From the NCBI RefSeq assembly GCF_004010195.1, contig NC_057750.1, forward strand, positions 12,003,144 to 12,067,143: 64,000 nt of DNA, read 5' to 3'. The position numbers and the translations under genes were made by a program. This document shows positions 38,581-51,869 of the stretch, in pieces (position 1 is the stretch's first letter; each line of letters starts with the position of its first letter). The notes under the pieces were generated by a model that did not search any database, had not been told where the DNA came from, and saw nothing but the letters and a program-made list of their open reading frames with translations. This DNA is from Chiloscyllium plagiosum (Eukaryota).

Positions 38581-39497
38581 AAGCAGGTGCAATAGAAGCA
38601 TTCAAGAGGGAACTGAGTTGTTATGTGAATGCACAGGGCTATAGGGGGAATGACATTGGGTAAATTGCTCCTATGCCGAGATATGACAGGCCGAGGGATC
38701 TCCTCCTGTGTGTTGTGACAGTTATCAACCGGAGAGCACTGATTTAGGGAGACTGGCAAAAGGAGCAATGGTAACATGATGGAACACAGCTAGCGGTTAG
38801 GATCTGTAATGTACTACCTGAGAATTTGGTGGAGCCAGCTTTAAAATATTATCAGATAATTATCTGAAGAGAAGGTGGAGGGAGTGGAACTAGGTGTGTT
38901 TTTCTTGTAGAAAATTAGCATGGGCACAGTAGATTGAATGGCCACCTTCTGTACTGTAACCTTTCTCCAGAAACATAAAAGAAAAAATAGGGATAAACCT
39001 ATAACTGGATTGAGAAAATAATGGTGTAAAAGAGCAGTTCCAGGAGGGCAGTTAGGCTTGAGCAATAATTATTGTTAATGGCGCCCCATCCCATAAAAAC
39101 ATTAAAGAGAGCAGAGACTTCAGTGAGACCAGATCAGCTGAAGAATTATCTGCTGAAGTGTAGACTGTTGAGATAAATGTGCTGTTGTTATATGGATGTC
39201 GAAATATTGCCAGCAATAGTTTTGGTATACTGTACTTGATGAACCTGTAAATGCCTGTGTGAAGCTGACAATTTTGAGAAGTAGCTTCCAAGACAGAGAT
39301 CCATCCTCTGTCATTTTCCCAACGAAGTGGACAACCTGGCGAGACCTGAAGTGCATTGAGCAGCTTGATTGTATAACGCTTGCGATGGCCCACCAGATGA
39401 AGACAGGACGAAATGGGCAGATGTAAAGTTTGTCTGCCCTCAACAAGAAAAACTCGCATCCCCATTGCATCGTTCATGCCCTCTGAACACCCCAAAG

Positions 39498-39662
39498 TGT
39501 CTGGTGCTGGAAAAGCACAGTCGGTTAGGCTGCATCCGAGGAGCAGGAAAGTTGACGTTTCGGGCTTATGCCCGTAATGTCGCCTCTCCGGCTCCTCGGA
39601 TGCTGCCTGACCGGATGTGTTTTGCCAGCACCACACTCTTTGACTCTGGTCTCCAGCACCTG
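39498..39662. mobile_element. Family A Penelope-derived palindromic element
   Basis: Inverted arms around cgtttcgggcttatgcccg. Confidence 0.75.
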
Positions 39663-39691
39663 GAACCCTCATTTTATCCAAGTGTCTAACA

Positions 39692-40300
39692 GTCATAAAG
39701 CCAAAGAGATGTACAGCATGGAAACACACCCTTTGGTCCAACTCGTCCATGCCGACCTGAGATCCCAACCCAATCTAGTCCCACTTGCCAGCACCCAGCC
39801 CATATCCCTCTACACCCTTCCTATTCATATACCCATACAGATGCCTTTTAAATACTGTAATTGTACCAGCCTCCACCACGTCCTCTGGCAGCTCATTCCA
39901 TACACGCACCACCCTCTGCAAGAAAACGTTGCCCCTTAAGTCCATCTTATATCTTTCCCCTCTCACTGTAAACCTATGCCCTCTAGTTCTGGACTCCCCC
40001 ACCCCTTTTTCCTAGTGTGGGGGATTTCAAGATTAGGGTGCATATTTTTAAGGTGAGAAGAGAGGGATTTTAAAAAGTCATGGGTGGCAAACGTTTTATA
40101 AGAGGGTGGTTTGTGTGTGAAATGAACTTCCTGAGTAAGTGGTAGATGTGGACACAGTTACAACGTTAAAAAGACACTTGGATAAGTACATGAATAGGAA
40201 AGATTTGGAGGGATATGGGCCAGGAGCAGGCTGGTGGTACTTGTTTACATCAGCTTGGCCTGATTGGACCTAAGGGTCTGTTTCTGTGCTTTATGACTCT
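39692..40300. mobile_element. Two CR1/HER1 3' ends back to back (minus 39692-40003, plus ~40004-40300)
   Basis: Both carry the RT terminus (FxQRVVxVWNELPEE-type) and the tail, in opposite orientation. Confidence 0.85.
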
Positions 40301-40928
40301 ACATTATTTTGGTGTTCACTGATCCACTCATGGAAACTTCCCTTTTGTACTAATATGTTCAAGTAAACGACGGGTATTCAGACTCACTGTAGAATCTGCA
40401 TTTGCACAGAATTATCAGGTTTGAACACATTGCTGACAGGTCAGAAGCTAAAACTCAGCAAAGTTTGTCAGAAAAACAAATACTGAGAACAAGAATGATT
40501 TATACAACTCATCTGGGCTTACTGACAAATGTTTAACCGCAGGTATCCAGTGAGCATAAAAATCTGCTGAACAGGTTGATGAAGCAGGACCACAGATCCA
40601 GCAGCTGAGAGAGTACTTGGTGTGCAGCAGCCTTTTAGTGACACAACTGAGAATCTGAAAAGGTTTACTTCAGAACCAGTCAAACAATATGGGTGATTAA
40701 AGACCTTCAAGCTGATCAAAAACGCATGGGAGGTGAGCTACATATGACTCCATGGAAGCCAGACCAACTTAATACAAACTCAGGACATGTTTAAAAAAAA
40801 CCTGTCTGATCTAAGCATCCAAGATACTGAAGAAAAAATAGACTATATCTTCCAAATAGATTTTGATTGCTTGATCCAGAAACTCTAGGCTACTGCAAGG
40901 AAGAAAGACCAGCTGCCTTTTAAGATAT

Positions 40929-41087
40929 TGTTGGACTGGAGTGGACAAAGTTAAAAATCACACAACACCAGGTTATAGTCCAACAGGCTTATTTGGAAGC
41001 ACTAGCTTTTGCAGCACTTCAAAAGCTAGTACTTCCAAATAAACTTGTTGGACTCTAACCTGGTGCTGTGTGATTTCTAACTTTGTC
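40929..41087. mobile_element. Family B palindromic element, collapsed core
   Basis: Same inverted arms as 12094-12297. Confidence 0.75.
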
Positions 41088-42294
41088 TGTTAAGAGACAT
41101 TCAGGAGATTGAGAGTCTTCTGGATAAGGAAATAGACCAATGACAAGGTCCACAAACACAAATGTCCTCTACAAAGATTGTCCAAGAGAGAAAAAAAAGA
41201 CCCTGTCATAGAGAAATGATTCACACATCAGAACCAGGATCAACAATCCTCAAGCCTGAGGCCTACCATTTTTCCAAGTCTGAAGAGTGTTCTGAAAGAA
41301 GTGAAAAATGCCCAGAGATATAGTTCCCACATGGGATGCTGTGCAGCTTGGAGGGGAATGTTCCCACACATTTGCCTCATTTGTCCTTTGAGGTGATAGA
41401 GGGTGTGGGTTTGAAAGGTGCTGTTGGAGGACTCTTTGTGAATTATTGCACTGCAGCTTGTAGATAGTACGCACTGCTGCCTCAGTGTGTCAATGAATAT
41501 TGCAAGTGATTGATGGCGCCAGTTGAGCAAGCTACTTTGTCCTGGGTGGTGTCGAGTGCTTCCTGAGTGTTACTGGAAATAATAGATCATGATATTGAGC
41601 TGTTGATAAACTGTTTGAAAGGTATAAGCCAAAGGGTAATTAGAACTAGATAAGGGGTTTCTGATGAGGATGGAGTTGAGGAAGAATTTCGTCTCTGAGG
41701 GGTGTTTGTCTGTGAAGGTGTCTTCCCTATTGAGCAGTGAAGGCTGGGTCATTGAATAAGTTCAAGGCCTGTATTAGACAGCAAGGGAGTCACGTATCAT
41801 AGGGGACAGGCAGGCAAGTTGAGTTAAGGCCCCAGTCAGATTTGCCTTAATCTTATCAAACGGTGAAGCAGACTTGAGGGGCTGCCTGATCGACTCTTGT
41901 CTGATTGCCTCTGTTCTCATGTTAAGCTTCTTTGAAGGAACAGGTCAGGAATAGCATGAGACTAACTATGGATAAGAGAACTTTGAGTGGGATTATGTTT
42001 AAAGTTATGAAGTGAATGTTGCTTGAACTTGAGAGAAACCTGTAAAAATTGGTTGCATCAGAGACACTAGAACCACTACTGATTCGGTTTAAACCATAGA
42101 TGAATGCGCTGATCTTGAACCATAATGTGAGGTCATTTTATTCAAATACTTTATTTTTACAAAGTGCATGGCAATGGGGAGCTCACGGTTATCAGTGAGT
42201 GAAATATCCGGTTACAAAGGCTCTTAAAGGGCCGGTGTCATCCTTAAAGGGCAACATACTCCAAATTTATAAAATGGATGAAGTGAGGTCTAGA

Positions 42295-42870
42295 GGCAGA
42301 GCAGAGACCACTCCCTCCGCGACTCCCTTGTCAGATCCATACCCCCCACCAACCCAACCTCCACTCCCGGCACCTTCCCTTGCAACCGCAGGAGGTGCAA
42401 CACTTGCGCCCACACCTCCCCCCTCACTTCTCTCCAAGGCCCCAAAGGAAACTTCCATATCCGCCACAAATTCACCTGCACCTCCACCCACATNNNNNNN
42501 NNNNNNNNNNNNNNNNNNNNNNNNNNNNNNNNNNNNNNNNNNNNNNNNNNNNNNNNNNNNNNNNNNNNNNNNNNNNNNNNNNNNNNNNNNNNNNNNNNNN
42601 NNNNNNNNNNNNNNNNNNNNNNNNNNNNNNNNACAGCACAGCAGGTCAGGCAGCATCTAGGGAACAGAAGATTCGACGTTTCGGGCACATGCCCTTCTTC
42701 AGGACTGAGCAGAGAGCCCCTCCTCCAAGTCCCTCCTCCCTACCTTTTATCTTCTCCTGCTGAACACTCTCTGCTCATTCCTGAAGAAGGGCATGTGCCC
42801 GAAACGTCGAATCTTCTGTTCCCTAGATGCTGCCTGACCTGCTGTGCTGTTCCAGCAATAAAGTTTCAGC
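42295..42870. mobile_element. Penelope-like element (GIY-YIG region, N gap 42494-42632, inverted pLTRs)
   Basis: GTFPCNRRRCNTCAHTS-like Cys motif. Inverted copies of the pLTR at 42633-42703 and 42780-42850. Confidence 0.85.
42777..42812 (+). ncRNA. Intact minimal type I hammerhead ribozyme motif
   Basis: attc-CTGAAGA-a-gggc-atgt-gccc-GAAACGTC-gaat: perfect stems I and II, palindromic ACGT stem III and predicted cleavage after C42808. Confidence 0.75.
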
Positions 42871-44357
42871 TAGAGGCAGAGCAGACCTATTACAAAGGCC
42901 ACGTTATAGATGCTATTAAGAAAGGTGCTACTATGTGGAGCCAAATACCAAGTGACTCCAAAAGGGGGTCACCATAATGGTCTGGAAGAAGATAATGAGT
43001 ATGTAACTGCTGTCCTATTGACAGTCAAATATCTAGGATGTGAGGAGAATGTGCAATTCTTGGGGATTTGACTACATTATTGAGGGCCAGCCACATTCCC
43101 TATTTAACAGGGCATCCCTGCAATGTTGCCATCTCTACAACTCATAGCCCACACATGGCAACAAGAGAGAGCTCCTGCTGTTTATTTGTGCGTGGCCAAA
43201 AGGCATCTTCTGGGCATTTTGCTAAACTGGAGATGAGGAGGATCAAAGAGGGCTTATGTCAGACAGGTACTATAACTGGTCAGTGAGCATCTCTCTGATA
43301 CTACTTACTTGTACCGGTCCAGGCAATTTTACCTGGACCAATCCATGGACATTGCATATAATAGATTAAAAGCAACAACACTCTGCTCTATAACAGGATC
43401 TTTCCAAAACGCCGCAAGTGATCATTTGCCAAACCCCCATCTAGGTTTCATTGTGAAGCTCGCAGACACATTGCTTGTCTGCAAACTATTATTTTATTCA
43501 TAATTTCGCCTTTCAAATCCAGAAATCAGCCTCTTAGCCCCTGGAACCCCTCCAAATTCAGCATCCTTTGATAATATGGAGGCCAAACATTGAAGGTAAT
43601 ATTTGATACACAGTTTTATCAATACCATAACAATTATGGCATTGTTTATGCTTTAAACAACATTCATTTCAACATCTAAATCACACCCTCAGCTCCACAT
43701 CAAACTTCATTGGTTTGACAGCTAGTGGGTGGATAGAAAAATGCTGACAGCATGGAATTCGATCCCTATTCTAGTTGAGATAAATTTGGGATCTGTATTT
43801 ACACCCTACCTTTAGTGGTCGGAAGGTTATTGGAATAGATGGGAATGTGGAGTAATCAGATCTGTTAGGATCTTATGAAACAGCAGAGTAGACTTAAGGC
43901 CTGTTTTTGCTCCTAATTTGTAACATTTTTTCCCAAAAAGTTCTTGCAGGCCGCTGTTCCTATTTAAGAAAAAAAGGTGAGGGTCAGATTTGCTACTTTA
44001 TATTGCATTTGGACTCTTAGACTAGTTTTGAAAGTTGCTGGTAAGGTTGACTAATAATGTCGTTTGGTTTATCAGCACCGTTGCAAAAAAAGATACGAGT
44101 TTACCTTAGTGCAATAGAATGACAACATTGAATAAATGCAAGTCTTCTCTTGACTTGAAACACACTTCCCTTGCGCGGTGCAGGTACATGGACCATCCAG
44201 CATTCCTTCTTATTCTTCTGTCACTCCCAGGAACAAATTATCATTTGATGTTCCATTTCTGCATGTTGTTCCCATGTCTCCGTTTGACCTCCTGATCCTT
44301 AAATTCTCTGTTCCTTTATTCCTGTTTAGTTCTGTTTCTGGGATAATATACAAAGAG

Positions 44358-44790
44358 ACACAAGAACAAAGAACAATACAGTACAGGAACAGGTCCTTCA
44401 GCCCTCAAACTCTGTGCTGATACATTTTGCCCTTCCATAATAAAACTGTCTTCACTATGGGATCCATATCCCTCTATTTCCTTCCTATTCATGGATTCAT
44501 TCAAAATGCTGTTATTGTGTCTGCTTCCACTACCACCTCCTACTCCAGTGTGTTTCAGGCACTCAGCACCCATTGTGTGAAAAACTTGTCTCACAAATTC
44601 CACCCGCCCCCCCCCCACAACACCTTGAAGCTCTGTCCCCTTGTAATTGACCCCTACACCCTATGAAAAAAGCCTTATACTTTCCATCCTATTCATGCCA
44701 TTCACAATCTCATAAACGTCTGTCAGGTCACTCCTCAACCTCCTGTGCTCCAGTGAAAACAAACCCTGCCTATTCAACCCATCTTGATAA
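44358..44790 (-). mobile_element. CR1-type LINE 3' end
   Basis: Minus ORF GLFSLEHRRLRSDLTDVYEI and aagaacaaagaac tail. Confidence 0.8.
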
Positions 44791-45159
44791 CGAACCTCAC
44801 CAAACCCCACCCCCCAAATACCAGGAGCCATATGTGACTGACAATCTAACAAAAGACTGCTATGGTATTGGTGAAATGTGATTGAAGAGCAAGAGACTAG
44901 TCAATTAAAGCTCTTGCTCTCAGCAGTTTTAAAATTGAAACGTGTGTGTATGGTAAGTATAGAGTTAGTGCATCATAACACGTTTATTTTTGATGACTGA
45001 ATTCTGATGGATTTTTTATTTACTGTAAGGCTGATGGGTTTGTGGAACAGATTACTGCCTAAGATGATATAAAAATGAATTGTTGTGGGTTTGCAGGAGG
45101 AACTACACCGTTTGACAACAAGTAAATGGGAAGTTGTGTTTGAAAACTTTAAAGTTTTT

Positions 45160-45740
45160 GAGAATGTTACTTGTAGCTTAGACAAAGGAGAATAATGGAT
45201 GTGGTTTATTTGGATTTTCAGCTCTTTAAGGTTCCAAACAGGAAGTTAGTAAATAAAATCACAGAGTGCAAAGAACTGGGAGGAATATACTCATATGGAT
45301 TGCAAATTGGTTAAGAGCAGGGAGTAGGAATAAACAGATCATTCTTAGTTTGCCAGGCTATTACTGATGGGATATTGTCAAGGTCAGTGGTAGTTCCACA
45401 ATTGTTCACAATTTACATAAATGATTGGATGTGCAGGCTAATTTGTAATATTTCCAAATTTACTGTGACCCCAAAGTGTGTGGGAATGTAAATTGTGAGG
45501 AGGTTTCAAGAGGATTTAGGCAGGCTAAGTGGATGGGCTAGAACATGACACATGGAACATAATGTCAATAAGTGCAACGGTATTCACTTTGGCAAAAAGA
45601 AAACAAAGGCAAAATAACTTTAAATGATAAAAAATGGGGAAGTGCAGTTGTCCAAAGGGATCTGAGTCCCTATCCACGAGCCACTAAAAGTGAGCATGTC
45701 GGTGCCGCAAGAAAGTAAGAATGGTATATTGACAAGGGGA
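45160..45740 (+). mobile_element. Old CR1-type RT fragment
   Basis: Decayed MDVVYLDF and QGSVVVPQLFTIYIND motifs. Confidence 0.7.
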
Positions 45741-47269
45741 GTCTAGATCGGAGTCTGTCTTCTGTTCTTCAGTGAGAACAAAGTTTAAATGCATGAGCTA
45801 TTCATCATAAATCACCTCCCTGGAAATCTTTTCCAATTCAGTGTTTATGTGGAACCAGCCAAAACTGCATTCTGTCTTTCTAGCATGGTGTTGTTAATCA
45901 GCAGTATTGAGCCTACTTTAACATATAATCAATGCCTTGAGATGCAATCCACAACTTGATTGACAGTGTTGATGTGCACTTTCCTTCTTATAAAAGAAGC
46001 GAATGCGTGAAAAAAAAACTGCACACTGAGGCATTAGGATCTGGAATGCACTGCCAGATTCTAAGATTCTGGTCAGCTTTTCATCAGTCTTTCCTCAGGG
46101 GGAATAGATATGCCTAATACATACAGATATTTAGTGGCAGAGTTAGTATTCAGACAATATAAATACTGACACACTTATATACATAGTTATACACACATAG
46201 GCATACTTATGAGATGCAGTGGATTGTGTACATTATGGTTTGTTGGTTATGTTAAAGATTCACAGATGATGGGCAAGGTTTGATAAAGGACTGGATCATT
46301 TTTTGATTTAAATTTGGGGCTTGTTGCATTGTCCCTTTAAGTTAAATAGTTTATTTATTTTTAAATAAATTGGTTGGAGGTGTTATGATACACCACCATG
46401 CTCATCATATCCTAATTTGATTTGACCCTGGTCCTTTTGGACCTAAAGGACATAATCCCTATGCCACAAGACCCTTAGTTTACTTGATAACTCAAAAGAA
46501 TGTGAAAAGAATCAATTTCGATGTGAGGGTAGCGGTCAGGAGCCAGAGGTTGGCTGCATCCTGTGAATAAACCTTGTATGCGATAAAGAGATGTTTCTTG
46601 TTAGGTGCTGCGCTCTCTGGCTTGTATCCATTTAACAGGCTCCGACTTTAGATCTGTTTGGCTTGGGGTGCCTGACCAGCAGTAGTTTTCCAGCATTCAC
46701 AGCTCTCGACTTCATAGGAACATGCACGCCAAAGTACCATATACAGAAAATAGAATAGAAAGTATTTGATAGATTTGCTGGAGTACAGGATGGGAAGGGT
46801 TGAATGAGTCAGACAAGGTGGATTTCTTCAAATTCCTCCACAAAGCACAGAAATAGAATTCAATCAGGGTGGACTGTTTATCTGAATTAAATTTCAGCAT
46901 ATTTGCAGTAACAAGCAATTATCATCACCTGGCAGCTGTGGTGCGAGAATTTTGTTGATCAATGTTTCTTCTTTAATGAAAAATAGAATGTATGTTTTTA
47001 CTGGGAATGCTCAATTGCTCAGGTCTGATTTTTGAGAATGTGACTTTGTTTTCGGATTAGTAATTTGGAATGGAGATGGATTTTTCTTCCCTAGCTTGCC
47101 ACCCCTGATTGATATGAAAGGATTTGATCAGGCTGATCCATGTCAGTACACTTCACAAAATACTCTGACCAAAGCAAGGGACAGAGCCTTATCATTGACC
47201 GTGGCAGCAGACCTTAAGAAAGGAGCAGGAGTTGGCCATTGTGAATGCTCTGCCATTCAATTAGATCAT

Positions 47270-48005
47270 TAGAGACAAAAAAACTGCAGATGCTGGAATT
47301 CAAGGTGGGCAAGCAGGAGGCTGGAAGAACACAGAAAACCAGGCAGCATCAGGAGATGAAGTGAGGACTGCAGATGCTGGAGATCAGAGCTGAAATGTGT
47401 TGCTGGAAAAGCGCAGCAGGTCAGGCAGCATCCAGGGAACAGGAGAATCGACGTTTCGGGCATAAGCCCTTCTAGCTGAAGAAGGGCTTATGCCCGAAAC
47501 GTCGATTCTCCTGTTCCTTGGATGCTGCCTGACCTGCTGCGCTTTTCCAGCAACACATTTTCAGCATCAGGAGATGGAGAAGTCAACGTTTCAGGTGTAA
47601 CACTTCTTCAGGACTGGAGCTGGGTGTAAGGGGAGCTGCAGGTAAAGGGAGTGGTGGGGGGGGGGGGCGGCAGGGTGACGAAGTGGGGATAGGTAAAGAC
47701 AGGTAGAGGGTTGGTCAGTGGGAGGGACGAATCCGGTAGGTGGCTGGGAAGAGTGGAAAGGAGGGGAAGGGGCTGGGAAAGGGGTCAGGGGAAAGGAAGG
47801 GAGGTTATTTGGAATTGGCGAACTCAATGTTGAGTCCTCTAGGCTGTAGGCTGCCCAGGCAGAAGATGAGGTGTTGTTCCTCCAATTTGCGGTTTGGTTC
47901 ATTGTGACAATGGAGGGGGCCAAGGATGGTAATGTTGGAAAGGGAATGGGAAGGGGAATTAAAAAGAGCAGTGACTGGGAAATCCAGTCGACCCCTGCGA
48001 GCCTG
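47270..48005 (-). mobile_element. Penelope-like 3' end (GIY-YIG terminus plus pLTR)
   Basis: Minus strand reads RKLEEQHLIFCLGSLQPRGLNIEF. The pLTR has a decayed hammerhead at ~47585-47612. Confidence 0.8.
47359..47561. mobile_element. Family A near-perfect hairpin element nested in a Penelope pLTR
   Basis: 15-bp TSD cagcatcaggagatg (47344-47358, 47562-47576) and ~85-bp inverted arms. Confidence 0.88.
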
Positions 48006-48114
48006 GCTGAGATGTTCAGATTCAATGAGATGATGGCTGATCTAATAATCATCAACTTCATTTTAATACCTTAACTCATGATTCTTTCTTGATTCTATCC
48101 CAGCCTTGAATATA

Positions 48115-48790
48115 GTATTTGTACCACACAAATGACAGGCAATGACTATCTCCAACTAGAGTGAACATAACCATTGTCCCTTGACATTCAATGATGTACC
48201 ATCATCGAATCCATCCTGGGGAGTCACCTTTAACCAGAAACTGAACTGGACTAGCTATATAAATGCAGTAGCTACAAGAACAAGTCAGAATCTATCTCCT
48301 GTCTCCCCAGAGTTGTTCACAATCTACAATACACAAGTCGGGTGTGCAATGGCACACTCCCCACTTGCCTGGTTGAATGCAACTCCAATAACACTCCAAA
48401 AGCTTAACGTCATCCAGCACAAAGCATCTTCTTGATTAGCACCACATCCACAAACATCCACTCCCTCCACCACCAATGACCCAAATCAGTGGTGTGTATC
48501 ATCTACGAGATGCACTTCAGAAATTCACTAGGGCCTCCCTAGACATGCATCTTCCAAACCCATGACCACTTGCATTTATGAGGACAGCAGATACATGGGA
48601 ATATCACTACCTGCAAGATCCCCCCCTCCCGCCCCCCCGCAAGCCACACATCATTCTGGCTTGGATACACATCACCATTCCTGTTGCTTAGTCAAAATCC
48701 TGGAATTCCCTCCCTAATGGCATTGTGCGTCTACCTACAGTACATGGACTGCAGCAGTTCAAGAAAGCAGCTCACCATCACCTCCTCAAT
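48115..48790 (+). mobile_element. Second CR1/L2-group LINE 3' part
   Basis: GVTFNQKLNWTSYIN...IYNTQVGCAMAHSPLAWLNATPITLQKLNVIQHKA. Confidence 0.8.
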
Positions 48791-49525
48791 GTAGCCTGCC
48801 CCAAATGCATGCCCAACAGCCAGAGGAAATGACAAATGAAGCTATACTATAATGGAGAACAAAAACAAGGGAGGAGGTGAACAGGCCATCACAGCTGCAA
48901 CTTCAGTGTTAAGTTTGGTGTTAGAACAGCTGCTTTTCTCTCATTTTCAATTTGAAAACCTGCTGTGAGCAGCAGTGTTTGGGAGTTGCTGATTGGAATT
49001 GGTGCAAGCAGAAAGCAAAATTCAAATGAGTACAACAGCCCTTGCAAAAGAACATGATTCTTCACTTGTCTAGTACAATGTGAGACCCTAAATCATCACA
49101 GTGGGAACTGCGAGATGATTATCTGAAGCATAAATAATCACAGCTCCCTGGGGCTATGCCTAAGCAAAGTCAACTGCTTGCAGCTGCCTATTTTTTAAAA
49201 CTATATTTTCTTTGTCCATCCCATTAAAATACTAGAATTTATGTGCAACAGTGTTTTGCTTAACCCTTATATTTGACGGTCTCTGGTCCAAAAGACCATT
49301 CCTGTTTGTTGATTCCATCCAGAGATAATTAATGAGGTAATTGACTGGGTAAGATTTGTTGAGTAAGGTAACGGGATCAAAGGATGTGCAGTGGAGGTGG
49401 GAAATGGAATTAAAGTGATCATCAACCATGATCTAATTGAATAGCATCGGAAGCTCAAGGGGGTGAATAACCACCTCCCGTTTTGGATGGTTGTGTTCCT
49501 GTTGTTTCAGTCCAGTTGGGGACTA

Positions 49526-50470
49526 GTCATAGAGTCATACAGCATAGAAACAGAACCTTCAGTCCAACTCATCCACATCGACCATGTTCCCAAACTAAAC
49601 TAGACCCACTTGCCTGCATTTAGCCCGTATCCCTCCAAACGTTTCCTATTCATGTACTTATCCAAATGTCTTTTAAATGTTGTAACCGTACCTTCATCCG
49701 CCGTTTCATCTGGCAGTCCATCCCACACATGAACCATTCTCTGTGCAAAAAACTTGCACCTCATGTCCTTTTTAAAATGTTCTCCTTTCATCTTAAAAAT
49801 GTGCCTCCCAGTTTTGACCACCCCCCACCCCAGGGAAAAGACCCTTGCTATTCACGTTATTTATGCACCTCATGATTTTATGAACCTCTATGAGGTCATC
49901 CCTCAACCCCCTATGCTTCAGTGGAAAAAGTCCCAGCCTATTTTTAGAACTCAAATCCTTCATTCCCAGCCACATCCTGGTAAATCTTTTTTGAACCCTC
50001 TCCAATTTAGTGATATCTGATAGCGGAGTGATCAGGACTACTCACAGTCCTCCAGCAGAGGCCTCACCAATGTCCTGTACAACCTCACCATGCCATCCCA
50101 ATTCGTGAGTAATGAAAGCAAGTGTGCTAAATGCAGCCTTAACCACCCTGTCTACCTGCGACAAAAATTTCAACGAATTACGTACCTGAAATTCAAGGTC
50201 TCTCTGTTCTACAATACTATCCAGAGCTGAAAATGTGTTGCTGGAAAAGGGCTCATGCCCGAAACGTCGATTCTCCTGTTCCCTGGATGCTGCCTGACCT
50301 GCTGCGCTTTTCCAGCAACACAATTTCAGCTCTGATCTCCAGCATCTGCAGACCTCATTTTCTCCTCAATACTATCCAGAGGCCTACCATTAATTGTATA
50401 AGTCCTGCTCTTGTTTGTTTTACCAAAATGCAATGCCTCGCATTTACCCAAATTAAAACTCCATCTGACA
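49526..50470 (-). mobile_element. CR1/HER1-type LINE 3' part
   Basis: Minus ORFs ERVQKRFTRM...DDLIEVHKIMR and KCEALHFGKTN, plus the tail. Confidence 0.9.
50227..50366 (+). mobile_element. Family A Penelope-derived insertion in CR1
   Basis: 15-bp TSD caatactatccagag (50212-50226, 50367-50381). Confidence 0.85.
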
Positions 50471-50867
50471 TTTGGGACTATTAATATTTTTTTTAAAATT
50501 CTGAAGAACAAGAAACAAATCAACAGAATTACGCCATAAAATTTCACGTTATTTAAACTTGATTGTGACCTGAAGTTTTATAAGGCTGGACAAACTCTCT
50601 GGTTTAGTCAAAATGTGCCAGACCCCTGATTCTGGAAGTTCTGTTCGTGAACCTTGCACCTTCCAGCTTTGTAATGTGAAAGGATATAGAGCTAGGTTGA
50701 ACTTTGCACTTTCTGAGGTCCATGGAAGCAACTGCACCAATGTAAAAGTACAACTGTCTGCAATCAGATTCAACTTCTGTTCATGTCCAATTCATGACTT
50801 GGGGGCTTTAGGCTTTTTAACAGAGAGTCAAAACATACTAGGGTTCTTTGGAAAGGAACGGTTCTTT

Positions 50868-51136
50868 GGTGGCATGGTGGCACAGTGGTTAGCACTGCTG
50901 CCTCACCGCGTCAGAGACCTCGGTTCAATTCCTACCTCAGGCAACTGTCTGTATGGAGTTTACACATTCTCCCTGTGTCTGTGTGGGTTTGCTCCGGTTT
51001 CCTCCCACAGTCCAAAGATGTACAGGTTAGGTGAAGGGGTAAATGTAGGGGAATGGGTCTGGATGGGTTGCTCTTCAGAGGGTTGGTGTGGATTTGTTGG
51101 GCCGAAGGGCCTGTTTCCACACTGTAAGTAATCTAA
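50868..51136 (+). mobile_element. HE1-type SINE
   Basis: Head, internally shortened body and tail. Confidence 0.9.
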
Positions 51137-51276
51137 ACCTCTGAAAGGGACACTTTTAAAGAGACTTAGGAAAAGCTTTGAGAATGTTAAGATGCCCTTT
51201 AGGAGTAGTCACCTGGCCTTTAGGACTATTAAAAGAAGACATGCATGTGTGTATCTGGTGCTGATGTCTTTCAAGT

Positions 51277-51612
51277 GTGGCACGGTGGCTCAGTGGTTAG
51301 CACTGCTGCCTCACGGAGCCAGGTTCGATTCCAGCCTTGGGCGACTGTCTGTGTGGAGTTTGCATGTTCTCCTCGTGCCTGTGTGGGTTTCCACCAGGTC
51401 CTCTAGTTTCCTCCCACAATCCAAAGATGTGCAAGTTACCTTGGATTGGCCGAGGTAAATTGCCCATAGCTTTCAGGTATATGTAGGTTAGTTGCATTAG
51501 CCATGGGAAAAATGCAGGGTTCTAGGGATAGAGTCTGGGTGGGATTCTCTTCAGAGGGTCAGTGTGGACTTGTTGGGTCGAATCTCCTGTGTCCACACTG
51601 TAGGGATTTTAT
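51277..51612 (+). mobile_element. HE1-type SINE
   Basis: Head, body and tail. Confidence 0.9.
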
Positions 51613-51869
51613 GGTGTAACAGTGGATAAACTCATTTGAATTGTCAAGCTTTTCTTAAATGCAAGTCTGTCAGTGTTGGGATCATTGATTCAAAACAGTG
51701 TATAAATGAGCATGGATGCACCATAGCTTGGCATGAGGGGCTATGGGGGGATGAGAAGAATAACAATGACATTGGCATTGGTGTCATGCAAGGTAAAAGG
51801 CATGAGGTCAGGTTTTCGAATTTACCCTTCTAAAGATTCCCTCATGCAGATTATGGTTCTCAACACCTC

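Noticed and set aside
39052..39768. 238-aa minus-strand ORF
   Set aside because: Chimeric across a CR1 tail, a family A element and unique sequence. No recognisable domain.
40310..41320. A-rich stretch that looks like decayed coding sequence
   Set aside because: The plus-strand frames I translated are interrupted by stops and I could not recognise a family. A tBLASTx search is needed.
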